A stretch of 64,000 bases of DNA, taken from contig OZ024742.1 of NCBI GenBank assembly GCA_964016885.1, positions 299,646,001 through 299,710,000 on the forward strand. Direction: 5' to 3'. The translations under genes were made by a program, and so were the position numbers. Of this stretch, positions 41,102 through 55,488 are shown one piece after another. Numbering within the stretch: the first letter of the stretch is position 1; each line of letters begins with the position of its first letter. This stretch comes from Eledone cirrhosa (lineage: Eukaryota). A model generated the notes under the pieces. The model was not told the origin of the DNA and made no database searches. It was given only the letters and a program-made list of their open reading frames with translations.

Positions 41102-41146
41102 AATATTGAACTAGTTTCGTTGTTGTTACAACTCATCAGCAATATT
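41102..41146 (-). ncRNA. Minimal type I hammerhead ribozyme, all three stems intact
   Basis: Minus strand: aatattg-CTGATGA-gttgt-aaca-acaac-GAAAC-TA-GT-T-caatatt; flanks extend stem I (ccagaaagcc/ggcctttctgg). Confidence 0.88.
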
Positions 41147-41500
41147 TACCTATCTACCGGCCTTTCTGGAGAATCGTAAAAGCACATATCGTTATATGCT
41201 TTTTCTATGAAAATTAGTAGTGGGCAGACTAATTTGCATAGAGTGTGAGTACGCACCGGTTCAGCGGAGACGATAAAAACAAATAACGAAACGAAATTAA
41301 ATTTCGTTTCGTTTGTAACTCACTTTTGTATAGAATAGAAAATGCTGACAAATTGTTCACAGTTGAAAAATGGTTTAATTAGGAATAAAAGAGTATTAGT
41401 GATTGTATGGGTTAGTATTCAGTTGTGGTTTTAAGTTTTTATATATATATAGTTTTTACTATATATATATATATATATATATTAATAATAATAAATTTGA

Positions 41501-41534
<34 letters not shown>

Positions 41535-41536
<2 letters not shown>

Positions 41537-41659
41537 AATTAAAATTAAGTGTTGTCATATCTGAGAGACATGCGCCATATCCCCTGTAGAATAAGCTCAA
41601 AGATTCCAATGAATAGATCTGAGCATTACATATCAACTAGAAATAGATTGACATATATA

Positions 41660-41708
<49 letters not shown>

Positions 41709-42222
41709 AACATAGTAAACAATCACAGGGAATAATTTGTAAAGAATGTAAGCACACATAGCTAGGTAGGTAACTAATTAAAGTTTAACTAGAACTTCAA
41801 ATATAGATACCTTTTAAAATGATTAATTTCCTTTGTATATATTTCTTTAAGTAAGAAATATATTTCACCAATTAATCCGTAAAACACAGAAGTCAAATTC
41901 TCGAATGTTGACCAAAGGAGAAGAAGATAACAATCTGCATTTACAAAGCAAATGCAAATCTGTGAATGACTCGAACCACATGTTGCATTTTTTTTTTAAA
42001 TACACACATTGCGTCATCCCAGTGGCGTGAATAGGACCATCGACAGCCAGAAATAGCAGCCGAGTCTATTCAATGCAGATAGTTATCTTCTTCTCCTTTG
42101 GTGAACATCCGAGAATTTGACTTCTGTGTTTTACGGATTAATTGGTGAAATATATTTCTTACTTAAGGAAATATATACAAAGGAGATTAATCATTTTAAA
42201 AGGTATCTATATTTGAAGTTCT
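41535..42222. mobile_element. Family-D element, second copy with inversion
   Basis: Matches 26997-27555; arms at about 41790-41935 and 42080-42222. Confidence 0.8.
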
Positions 42223-42305
42223 ATATATATATATATATATAGTAATAGTCACTTATATGTATGAATTACTGTTGGCTTCTTGCTCACATTAATTTCTCTA
42301 TTTTC

Positions 42306-42345
<40 letters not shown>

Positions 42346-42390
42346 GAAAATAGATATGTATATATATATATGAATATATATATATATATA

Positions 42391-42444
<54 letters not shown>

Positions 42445-42448
42445 TATA

Positions 42449-42524
<76 letters not shown>

Positions 42525-42546
42525 TATATATATATATATATATATA

Positions 42547-42594
<48 letters not shown>

Positions 42595-42620
42595 AATGAA
42601 AATAGATATGTATATATATA

Positions 42621-42668
<48 letters not shown>

Positions 42669-42694
42669 AATGAAAATAGATATGTATATATATA

Positions 42695-42740
<46 letters not shown>

Positions 42741-42790
42741 TATATATATATATATGTGTATATATATATATGAATATATATATATATGTG

Positions 42791-42842
<52 letters not shown>

Positions 42843-42894
42843 TATATATATATATATGAATATATATATATATATGAATATATATATATATGTG

Positions 42895-42946
<52 letters not shown>

Positions 42947-43080
42947 TATATATATATATATGAATATATATATATATATATATGTGTATATATATATATG
43001 AATATATATATATATATACGGATCTAGTTGGTTGTCGAAACGTTCGTAGCTCAACCGTCGTGGTCCGGGGTCCTGAATCT

Positions 43081-43125
<45 letters not shown>

Positions 43126-43641
43126 GCGTGTGTGTGTGTGTGTGTGTGTGTGCGAGGGGGGGATGTCGATGTGTGCCTGAGATAAATCCTGTAACTACGT
43201 TCGGAACGATCGACAAAGATTCTTTTAAGAAAATTCCCCAGCATGAGCGCAGTCTAATGACTGTAACTAGTAAAAGAATAAAAGTATAAGTAGCTCTCTA
43301 CTTATATATTCTTGCGTATACATGATAACTAGGTCATATGCACAGCAAGTTGTGAAACAATCAACACGTGCAGCTTCACAGGCGAATCTGTTAGTTGCAC
43401 AGAAACAAATATAACACTTTGTTGTAGTATTTCTTTCTATAAGCACGTACTGTTATTGAGCACAGAGCCAATCAGCTTGTCCGGCTAAAAACAGCAGCCA
43501 AATTCTCTCGCAAATCACATCTTACTGTCGTTGATACACACGCACGGACACACAGATTCACATATATAAATATATGTGTGTGTGTATAGTTAGATCATAT
43601 ATATATATTTATATCATACATATATATATATATATATATAC

Positions 43642-43741
43642 ACAGCTTGTCCCAAAAAATGTATACACACTTCAACAGTATTCTAATAAATATTGCCTGT
43701 ACAGGTAATCAAAGTGTGTATACAATTTTGGGACACCCTGT
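43642..43741. mobile_element. ~100-bp Tc1/mariner-type MITE
   Basis: TIRs acagcttgtcccaaaaaatgtatacacactt / aagtgtgtatacaattttgggacaccctgt, resembling a CAGGGTGTCCCAAAA terminus, in a TA context. Confidence 0.7.
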
Positions 43742-43850
43742 TTATATATATATTTACATGTATACACATAAACATGTGTGTATGTGTGTGTATGTGTGTG
43801 TGTGTGTATGTGTGTGTGTGTGTATAGATAATTTTCTCTTTCTCTCTCTC

Positions 43851-43885
<35 letters not shown>

Positions 43886-44049
43886 ATACATTTTTTTTTC
43901 TATCTATATAATTATCTGTGCGTGGCTGTGTGTTTATTTGTTAAATCTGTTGTGGTACGAAACTGAAGCGTATCGGCACATTTTCGTATCATATATTCAT
44001 GAACGGAAACTAAAATCCCTATTAAACCCAACACATTTATCTCACTTCC

Positions 44050-44890
44050 AGATTGTGCCACCACTCTCCTAGCTGAGACATTTGGCGACGTTTGGCTGCA
44101 GCAGTGGTAGTGATTGTGACACTACTGCAGCCAATCATGTCACCACAGCTAGCTAAAACTTCACCATCGCATTCACTCTGTGCCACCGAGTGTGTGAGGC
44201 CCACAAATGCCATCCTTGAGCTGTCGTCGATGAGTTCGTTTTGCACCTACTATCATGCCGCCAAGGCACAGGCTGGGTCCCCCGACATTCCACTCTCAAC
44301 GACATAATGAGAAGGAGCCTAGACGCAGCCAGCTTCCCGTTACAACTGGGCCTCGACCGTAGAGATGGCAAGAGCCCCGATGGAATTATCTTCTCTTTCG
44401 AAGGAGGTAACTGCCTCATCTATGACGTGACAAGCTGTGACATGTTCTACCCCGCCAAATTAATCACTTCGATCACAAACCCTGATACCGCAGCCCGCAA
44501 TGCAAAAGATAGGAAGACAAGCAAATACCGGGTTTCGTCGAACCGCTTCCTCTTTGTAGCGGTCGCCGTCGAGACCTCATGTGTCCTCGGACCACGCACA
44601 GCTGACCTCTGTAAAATCGGAATGACAGCAACCCGTCTGAGGAAGGAGTCCCACAAGGTAGGGTGAGTGTTGCAGCAGGGATCGCTGGTCATTGTCCGCG
44701 GTAATATATACCTTTGCCATTTTTTCCGTGAGACGCAACCGGCACACCGTTATTTTTCTTTCGCCTAATAATCCTTGATCTTTCCATCCCTCTCCTCGCA
44801 TTTATAGCATTTATAGTCCTTTGCAATGCTACTTTCTTTTACTATATATTTGACCAAATAATCAATCATTTATTATTTTATTTAATTTTA
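44050..44890 (+). mobile_element. 3' fragment of a CRE-type non-LTR retrotransposon (restriction-like endonuclease)
   Basis: HLLSC..RHSTLNDIMRRSL..DGKSPDG..YDVT..KTSKY..FVAVAVETSCVLG..VRGN motifs, degenerate. Confidence 0.8.
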
Positions 44891-45345
44891 TTCAAGAAAT
44901 ATATTTGAGTAATTTGAAATAAAATGATTATTAATAAAATGTAAATGTGTTTATTTTCTGTCATAGAATTGAATGAAACCATGTGGCACATAAATACATC
45001 CAAACAAAATACACTTATCTATGAACACTACATTTGACAAACGTGTTAACAAAAACACTGTTACTTCAATCTTTTACCTATCCCAAATGTGTTGTTGTTT
45101 GCCACATGGTTTCATTCAATTCCATGGCAGGAAATAAACACAATTAACTTATCCGTTCTCTTTCTTTGCCGGCCCGTCTAAATCCTTTGGGGGTTTAGCT
45201 TTGACCAAATTAATTTTCCATCACCTATATCGATCACGCCAACCACACATCCACAACTAACGGTCACACTGACCACTATCGAAAATATCAATCAAACAAA
45301 TAAGCCAATCTAAACTAAGCTTCTATATATATATATGTATATATA

Positions 45346-45392
<47 letters not shown>

Positions 45393-45458
45393 CAAAGAGG
45401 GTGTGGTAAGATACCGCACCAGAGTACTCAATACTTAGGTTAGTAGAGTGGGTAATAG

Positions 45459-45579
45459 GAAAAGAGTCAGGACCCCGACAGCTGACCTCCGGCTGTTTCG
45501 ATTCGACAGCTATATCCGAACAGTTCGGATCTAGCTGTCGCAACGGTCGGAGCTCAGCCGTCGGGATCCTGACTCTTTT

Positions 45580-45581
<2 letters not shown>
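45459..45581. repeat. ~120-bp near-perfect hairpin (family E)
   Basis: aaaagagtcaggaccccgacagctgacctccggctgtt..cgacagctatatccgaacagttcggatctagctgtcg..aacggtcggagctcagccgtcgggatcctgactctttt. Confidence 0.85.
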
Positions 45582-45617
<36 letters not shown>

Positions 45618-45660
45618 GGAATACTGTTGGCTTTTTGCTACAATATTTTCTATACCTTTC

Positions 45661-45738
<78 letters not shown>

Positions 45739-45859
45739 AAAGAGAGAGAGACCGGGGAGGCCAAAATTCCTGGGAGTACTCAATGTATATGTAGCAATGT
45801 ATATGTAGCAATGGGAAAAGGGAAAAGGAAAATAGTGCTCAATTGGAAAAAGAACAAAA

Positions 45860-46105
45860 ATATTATATTATTTATTTATATTCATAAACGGAACAAGCAC
45901 CTACCCAACGTTTCGAGGCCCAAATTTGACCATATCTCCAGAATACAAGAGACATCAAATTTGTGACGTTTCTTCTTATAAGCGCTTGATAAAAGGTAAC
46001 AAATTTGATGCCTCATTTATTTTGGTGGTATGGTCAAACTTGGGCCTTGAAATCTTGGGTAGTGCTTTTGTTCCGTGTATGAACATAAACAGATAATATA
46101 ACATT
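45860..46105. repeat. Imperfect ~110-bp-arm hairpin with an eroded HHR-like core
   Basis: ttcataaacggaacaagcac..catcaaatttgt versus acaaatttgatg..gtgcttttgttccgtgtatgaa; the minus strand has CTGGAGA..ggcctc-GAAACGTT. Confidence 0.7.
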
Positions 46106-46346
46106 ATTTTTCCTCCCTTTTAAATTTGTTGCCCCTTTTTAATGTCTTTCCATCACTCCCCCTCACACCCTAGGAACTCTTTTCCTTCCCACTTTTCTCC
46201 TGATGAAGGGCTTATGCTCGAACATCCCCCCTCCCCCCCCCCCCCCCACCACCACCACCACACACACACTCTCAAGTGTGAACCTAATACCATACTGTTC
46301 GTAAAACACTCGTTGTTATTGTTTTTGCTTTTTTTGTTTTTTTACT

Positions 46347-46377
<31 letters not shown>

Positions 46378-46455
46378 GGAATAGAATGAAACGAAATTTC
46401 ATTTCTCACTCTTAGTACGGCAGTTACTTAAATATACATATATATATACATAATT

Positions 46456-46499
<44 letters not shown>

Positions 46500-48256
46500 C
46501 TGATTTAATAGCTTTTACCTCATTTTTTTTACTACAGAAAATCGTCTAATAACGTCCCCAGGACGGAAACGAATGTATTGTTCTTTGCCTTGGAATCTCT
46601 AATTTTGAGGGTCAGTGTGCTAGCCATTTACACCAACGTGCCCAACCGTTTTCCACGGTTAAATTAGAAGTTGTAATCTTATAGCGATGTATATGTAATA
46701 TATATACTTTTCTGAATTATAACTGTAATTTAAAGGTCCAGCCTTGTCACACTGATTCGACTGGAGACTTGTGTTAAGTGCACAAATGTTTGTGAAATAT
46801 TCAACTATTTACACGTGAATTTCTCAGCAGAATGTCTTTGTCAAGACCGACGAAGAACCCGCCACTAAGCTGTGCGCTGACCCCTTTTCTCGGAGCATAT
46901 TCTCCATTCACTTATCCTTTTTCATACCAAAGCACCTGAAACCCCCCGCCCCATTGTTCTACCTTACAAATCTGTGTATTTTTATTTAAAAACATTCCAT
47001 TGATGTTCCAACCTCCAGCTTAGTAATGAGAATATTGATATTACTAAATCTCCCAAAATTCTCCATTATTTTCAGAATTATCTCAAAATTTATTCTTTTT
47101 TATTCACAATTGTATAAATATTACAAATAAAAAAAGAAAAGGAAAATAACAAAAGGCATGCGAAAGGGGGTGGGGAAACAAACCGCCCCCAGAACAAAAG
47201 ATAACGATATCGCGAGGAGCACTGGGAAACCTCTCTAAATAATTTTTGAGGTAAGCAATGACTGTGTATTTCATTTGAAATATCGTAACGAAAGAGTTGA
47301 TCGTTAATTCGGGACTGGTTGCTAGAAATACTGTCTGAAAATACAGGCAATTGGAAAATGACTGGAACATGTTTGGCAACACATAAAAAAATCAGAGACT
47401 AAAACCACAACGATAATATTTTAGTTTTATTTTTAATTTAGGTACAAGTTTAGTAAACTGGAGACTGGGGAGAAAGTTGATTACTGATATCCTCAGTATT
47501 TGACTGATACTTCAGAAGAACGAAAAGGATAATTAACCTAGGTGGAATTTGAACTCCGAACGTAAAGAATCTTAATAAAAATTTCAATGAAACTACCGCC
47601 ACAACAATTAAACAGCTATAGTACTGTTTACGCTGTAACATAAAATATTCCGGCATGATAAAGCACCGAAGCAATTTCATTCTTATCCCATGAAGGCACG
47701 GAATATCACACTTTGCCTTGTCTGATACCGGCCCTTTATGTCGAGTTCAAATCTCGCCGAGTCCAATTGTGACTTTTAGCCTTTCGAAGTCGATAAATAT
47801 AGTACAAGTGAAGTACAAGGGCGGATTCTTACCCACCACCTCTCTCTCTCTCTTTCTTTCTCTTTCCATGTCTCTCTTTCTGGAAGGAAGGAAGGAAGGA
47901 AATAATTGGGTATGGATAGATTTTAGAAAGAGAAGAGCTCCACCTCGTTTAAATATCAGCCACACCCTTTTTATGCATTTAAACCTGACAAAACCTATCT
48001 TTCATACACTTACGACTCCATTATGTGTTGAGAACAAAGAAAGGAAGAACAATAAAATGCTAGTCAAGTACTGAGATCAATTTATTTTAATATAACGCAT
48101 CCCATAGAAACGAATGGCAGAGTCGTAATTTCGTCGGATAGAATATCTACTAGATACTTTCCGGCTCTCTGAGTTCAAATTCAGCCTAGATCGACTATAC
48201 TTTTCATTTTTTTAGGGTTGTTAAAGAACTGGTGTTCATCTATTTTAATATTCATA

Positions 48257-48633
48257 TAATTGTTTCTACTTTTGGCACAAGGCCACCAATTACTCAGTAC
48301 ATTACTGGTAATTTATTTTATCGACCCCGTAAGGATGACAGGCAAAGTTAACCTCAACAGGATTTGAACTCAGACCATAAATGGACGTAACTATGCTAGA
48401 AAGCATGGCGTCCAATCCTCTACCGATACTGCCAATATATTCATATAATTGTTTCTACTTTTGGCACAAGGCCTGCAATTATCCCAGTGTATTACTGGTA
48501 CTTTATTTCATCGTCCCCGTAAGGATGAAAGACAAAGTTAACCTCGGCGGGATTTGAACTCGGACTATAAAGGGCCGTAAGTCATTGCTGCAAAGCATGG
48601 CGTCCGACCATCTATCGATACTGCCAATCCACC
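48257..48633 (-). mobile_element. Two tandem family-1 SINEs
   Basis: Both copies start with atattcatataattgtttctac. Confidence 0.9.
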
Positions 48634-49056
48634 AAATGTTTTCTAAACATGAATGCAATTAGAATTATAGAAAAATCCGTTTCCCATGTTTATCTCTTTG
48701 TAGGTGATGCAGGGAGATTATATATATATAATTGTGGATACAAACGAAAGTATATATTCATATTAAAAATTTGACACAACTTCGAACATTTTCATCGCAT
48801 ATTTTGCTACTTGGTTACTGACACACACACACATCTCTCTCTATCTCTCTTTTTTTTTTTATTTCTCTCTCTGTATATATACAATCAATAATAACTATAG
48901 GATGACGAGGTAGGATAGGAGCAATTATTTCCACCCTGTTACTTCATGATAAACATGTTATCGTAGTTTTCCGTTCACATGTAAAATCGTAATGTAGTGC
49001 TAATAATACTTAATAGAGTCAGCCTAAGTAATATTGTTAGTTGTACTACACCTAAT

Positions 49057-49920
49057 GGACGCAGGGTGGTCTAATACTTAGGACATCCACTTCACAATTA
49101 TTAGGCCCCAGATTCGATCCCACTGTGTGGCATTTTGAGCACTGTTTACCATAGTCTCTGATCGGCCTAAGCCTTGTAAGTGAAATCAGGTAAACAGATG
49201 CTCTTTTGGACACCTGTCGGATAGATTCAACCTGGAATTCAAAGGCCAACTCTGTCCCACACCGCCACACTGATTTTTACTGAGAATTACGTTAGGTGTA
49301 CAAGTGTTTGTAGAATACTCGGCCACTTCAATTCGTTAATTTCACAAGCAGGCTGTTCTGTTGATTGAACAATTGGAAGATACATCATTGAAACGATGGA
49401 TCTTCACTCCATATTACAGCCAATATTAAGTCACTATAAACCATTGGTTGCCCTTACAATAAAAACTTTATTATAATAGTCACAAGGGTGATGTATTGCC
49501 AGTATCTGTAAAGCGTCGGACAATATGGTTTGCGGCATAGAGTTACGGTCCTTTACGCTCTGAGTTCAAATCCTGCCGAGGTGAACTTTGCCTTTCATCC
49601 TTACTGGGTCGATAAAATAAAGTAGCAGTAACGCACTGGGGTCGATTTAATCGAGTCCCCCGAAAGAATTGTTGGCCTTGTACCTAAATCAGAAACCAGT
49701 ATGATAGTCACAACAAGAGCGGTGTATTGGCAGTATCGGCAGGGCGTCAAACAAAAGGTTTTGCAGTATTTAGTTAAGAATTCCTACGTTCTGAGTTCAA
49801 ATTCCGCCGTTGTCAGCATTGCCTTTCATCCTCCCGTGGTCGAGAAAATAAAGTACCAGTTAGGTACTGGGGCCAATGTGATCGACTTTCCCACTTCTCT
49901 CAAATTGCTGGCCTTGTGCT
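49057..49920 (+). mobile_element. Family-2 SINE (49057-49410) followed by two family-1 SINEs (49486-49920)
   Basis: Similarity to other copies in the window. Confidence 0.75.
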
Positions 49921-50212
49921 AAGTGTCAATGCAAGAAAGAATTATAATAGACACAACTTCAACATCCAGCATGAATAGAACCGCCACGCATCGCACGCTA
50001 TGTCAGAAATAGCAATCAAATGTACACTAAATCAGATACGACTGTCTTAAAAATCGGAAAGACATATTCGGTAATCTCTTAAATATAAAACAAAGAGTAT
50101 GATGATCATCTGTGGATCTCCTTTAGTAATGATACTGCTCAAGAAGAGGTTGTCTTCGTATAAATCAATAAAAATCAAGCTGAAGATCTATGACAGACAC
50201 ACACACACATGC

Positions 50213-50252
<40 letters not shown>

Positions 50253-50376
50253 GTATGTATACATACGTGTGTGTGTGTGTGTGTGTACGTGAGTTTCAAA
50301 ACAATGCGTGGAATTTGACATGTTTATGATCAACTAAAAAGCTTCATCGAATGTTTTTTTTTTTACTATAATCTAA

Positions 50377-50537
50377 ATAATTGTTTCTACTTTTGGCACA
50401 AGGCCAGCAATTACCCAGTACACTACTGGTACTTTATTTTATCGACCCCGTAAGGATGAAAGGCAAAGTTAACCTCGACGGGATTTGAACTCAAACCGTA
50501 AAGGGACGTAACTATGCTAGAAAGCATGGCGTCCAAA
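50377..50537 (-). mobile_element. Family-1 SINE, truncated
   Basis: Match to the family-1 sequence. Confidence 0.88.
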
Positions 50538-50752
50538 CCATAAAAACCCACTTAAGGGGAAATGGATAGTAGCATGTACTGAAGTCCATTTTTATATTTA
50601 TTACATAAGTGACAATAGTCTCTGTTGCTTCATTGAGTTTCGTGTGGTCAACGTCAACCTGCGAAACTCAGAGTTGTAACAGGGAATAATCTCAGTATTA
50701 TGATGAATATATGTTGTTGTTGTTTTTATTTTGTGCGTGTACGTGTGTGAAT

Positions 50753-50810
<58 letters not shown>

Positions 50811-51026
50811 GTACACGGGTGTGTATGATTGTGTATAGAAGATTATATTAATAAAAGGAATTCCTACTTTGTCTGATTTACTCGTTTTATTTACAATCCT
50901 TTAAAATTTATAATGGTATTAGAATGAAATAGTATGGTATAATATTAAATGTTAAGTGTTAATTGAACAAGTACTTTCATGCTTTCGCAATCTTAAGGTT
51001 CATATTCTGTGGTGACAGTCAAGTTT
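50811..51026 (-). mobile_element. Family-C HHR element, second copy (HHR 50964-51002, core mutated to CTTAAGA)
   Basis: Reverse complement of 26176-26400. Confidence 0.82.
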
Positions 51027-51245
51027 GCAATTTTCAACTATACATATATATATTTTTTTTTTTTTTTTCAACTATATGTATATACATGTGTGTGATGTAC
51101 TGGTATCTATCTATTTATTGTAGGGTCAATAACTTTGTGAGAACTCCATGCAATCTTGAAGAGATGGTTTCAACAAAATCATGTGGCAAGAGCTATAGTA
51201 TTTGTAGTAGGCTTTCATAGCATTAGGTTCCATCGACTCTACAGA

Positions 51246-51249
<4 letters not shown>

Positions 51250-51310
<61 letters not shown>

Positions 51311-52876
51311 TATATATATACATGTATATATATCGTATATGTATATATATGTATGTATCGTATATGTATATATATATGTATGTATCGTATATGTATATAT
51401 ATGTATGTATCGTATATGTATATATATATATATATGTATGTATCGTATATGTATATATATATATGTATGTATCGTATATGTATATATATATATGTATGTA
51501 TCGTATATGTATATATATATATGTATGTATCGTATATGTATATATATATATATATATGTATATGTATCGTATATGTATATATACATATGTATATATACAT
51601 ATGTATGTATCGTATATGTATATATATGTATGTATCGTATATGTATATATATATATATGTATGTATCGTATATGTATATATATGTATGTATCGTATATAT
51701 ATATGTATGTATCGTATATGTATATGTATATATATATATGTATGTATCGTATATATATGTATGTATCGTATATGTATATATATATATGTATGTATCGTAT
51801 ATGTATGTATCGTATATGTATATATATATATATGTATGTATCGTATATATATGTATGTATCGTATATGTATATATATGTATGTATCGTATATGTATATAT
51901 ATATATGTATGTATCGTATATGTATGTATCGTATATGTATATATATATATATGTATGTATCGTATATATATGTATGTATCGTATATGTATATATATGTAT
52001 GTATGTATCGTATATGTATATATATATATGTATGTATCGTATATGTATATATATATATATGTATGTATCGTATATGTATATATATATATATGTATGTATC
52101 GTATATGTATATATATATATGTATGTATCGTATATGTATATATATATATATATGTATGTATCGTATATGTATATATATATATATGTATGTATCGTATATG
52201 TATATATATATATGTATGTATCGTATATGTACATATATATATGTATGTATCGTATATGTATATATATATATATGTATGTATGTATCGTATATGTATATAT
52301 ATATATGTATCGTATATGTATATATATATATATGTATGTATCGTATATGTATATATATATATATGTATGTATCGTATATGTATATATATATATATATGTA
52401 TGTATCGTATATGTATATATATATATATGTATGTATCGTATATGTATATATATATATATGTATGTATCGTATATATATATATATATATGTATGTATCGTA
52501 TATGTATATATATATATATATGTATGTATCGTATATGTATATATATATATATGTGTATCGTATATGTATATATATATGTATGTATGTATCGTATATATAT
52601 ATATATATGTATGTATCGTATATGTATATATATATGTATGTATGTATCGTATATGTATATATATATGTATGTATGTATCGTATATGTATATATATATGTA
52701 TGTATGTATCGTATATGTATATATATATATGTATGTATCTATCGTATATGTATATATATATATATGTATGTATCGTATATGTATATATTTATATATATGT
52801 ATGTATCGTATATGTATATATATATATATATATGTATTTATCGTATATGTATATATATATATATATGTATGTATCG

Positions 52877-52907
<31 letters not shown>

Positions 52908-53570
52908 GTACCGTATATGTATATATATATATATGTATTGTATATGTATATATATATATATATGTATGTATCGTATATGTATATATATATATGTATGTAT
53001 CGTATGTGTATATATATGTATGTATCGTATATGTATATATATATATGTATGTATCGTATGTGTATATATATGTATGTATCGTATATGTATATATCGTATA
53101 TGTATATATCGTATATGTATATATCGTATATGTATGTATCGTATATGTATATATCGTATATGTATGTATCGTATATGGATATATCGTATATGTATATATC
53201 GTATATGGATATATCGTATATGTATGTATCGTATATGTATATATCGTATATGTATGTATCGTATATGTATGTATCGTATATGTATATATCGTATATGTAT
53301 GTATCGTATATGTATGTATCGTATATGTATATATCGTATATGTATATATCGTATATGGATATATCGTATATGTATGTATCGTATATGTATGTATCGTATA
53401 TGTATATATCGTATATATCGTATATGTATGTATCGTATATGTATATATCGTATATGTATGTATCGTATATGTATATATCGTATATATCGTATATGTATGT
53501 ATCGTATATGTATATATCGTATGTATCGTATATATATCGTATATGTATGTATCGTATATGTATATATATT
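51250..53570. repeat. CpG-containing minisatellite TATCGTATATG(TA)nTGTATG
   Basis: Many units with a variable TA spacer, contracting to a 15-bp unit after about 53080. Confidence 0.95.
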
Positions 53571-53574
53571 CAGC

Positions 53575-53910
53575 AACGACAATAAAAGAAAAGTCGAAGA
53601 TAATTTCTTGATTAATTCATCGTTTTTCTATCGTTTAAGAGGGTCATTGATCATGGTAAATCGATATATTGACGAATAGATAGTGGTTATACTACTACCT
53701 ATTTCTAGTCTCGATATCCTAGATCCATTTCACCGTCTTCCTCAGAAACAATGGTTAGTAAGGAAGACAGTAGGGAAATAGATGGTGACATAACACTATC
53801 TATTAGTCAAGATATCGATTTACAATGATTAATGAACCCTCCGAAACAATCGTAAATCAATGAACTAATCAAGTAGCTATCTTCGACTTTTGTTTTGTTT
53901 TCATTGTTCA
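53575..53910. mobile_element. Fold-back HHR element (family G), degenerate
   Basis: Imperfect inverted arms; minus strand 53619-53752 reads attgttt-CTGAGGA-agacggt..accctct-taaac; the right arm keeps GAAAC-AATC-GTA; homologous to 62410-62565. Confidence 0.7.
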
Positions 53911-53953
53911 ATACACACAAACACACACAGATGTATATATATATATATATACA

Positions 53954-54531
53954 ATAATTGTTTCTACTTTTGGCACAAGGTCAGCAATTACTCAGTGTAT
54001 TACTGCTACTTTATTTTATCGACCCCGTAAGGATGAAAGGCAAAGTTAACCTCGGCGGGATTTGAACTCAGAATGGCAAGAGCCGTAACTCTATGCGTCA
54101 AAGCATGGCGTCCGACCCTCTACCGATACTGCCAATCCACGGCCCTATATATATATACAATAATTGTTTCTACTTTAGGCACAAGGCCAGCAATTACCCA
54201 GAACATTACTGGTACTTTATTTTATCGACCCCGTAAGGATGAAAGGCAAAGTTAACCTCTGCGGGATTTGAACTCAGACTGTAAAGGGACGTAACTATGC
54301 TAGAAAGCATGGCGTCCAACCCTCTACCGATACTGCCAATTCACCGCCCTATATATATATATACAATAATTGTTTCTACTTTTGGCACAAGGCCAGCAAT
54401 TACCCAGTGTATTAAGAATATTAGTAATAATTGTTTCTAATTTTGGCACAAGGCCAGCAATTACTCAGTACATTACTGGTACTTTTTTATCGACCCCGTA
54501 AGGATGAAAGGCAAAGTTGACCTCGGCGGGA
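53954..54531 (-). mobile_element. Tandem array of family-1 SINEs (two full, two partial)
   Basis: Copies joined by (TA)n-caataattgtttctac. Confidence 0.9.
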
Positions 54532-54880
54532 TATATATACAATAGTGAGAGGTATACAGATATATGTGCATACATACAAATACATGTATATATAAACATA
54601 TATTTTTCACAAGTAAGTGAGATTGTATGTTGTCGACCTTAACTAGTGTTGCTCTATGATTATGAGAGACAAGATAATCGAAATAATTAAATTGACACAA
54701 TATCAGAGCTATGTAAAATATTATAAAGTAAGAAGGTGGTCCCTTGATAAGCTGGCTTACATCACAACAATGTTAAATGTTACATATCTATGATATAACA
54801 TTTTTGCATAGTGACCAGCGAAATTGTACAGTCGGGACGAAGAAAAAATAGGTATATTGTGTCTATTATTCCTTCTTATA

Positions 54881-54947
<67 letters not shown>

Positions 54948-55181
54948 GTGAGGGTTTTTTTTACAAAATGAAAAATAACCGAGGTGTCCTACACGAGTGA
55001 AAGTATAAAGAAAAAAAAGATGAAATCGAAAATGCAACTGGAGTCTTAATTAAAAAAATATATATATATTTATTTGGTCCCTTTACCGGTTTCGCAGTTC
55101 TTCTGCTTTTCAAAAGTAGAGTTGAGATGGAGGGTCTGTGGTCTCTCTCTCTCTCTCCACGTGCCTCCACATGCCTCCACA

Positions 55182-55485
<304 letters not shown>

Positions 55486-55488
55486 TGT

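Noticed and set aside
46195-46225. CTGATGAagggcttatgctcGAAC hammerhead half
   Set aside because: It resembles a PLE HHR core, but GAAA, stem III and stem I' are missing; counted only as a remnant.
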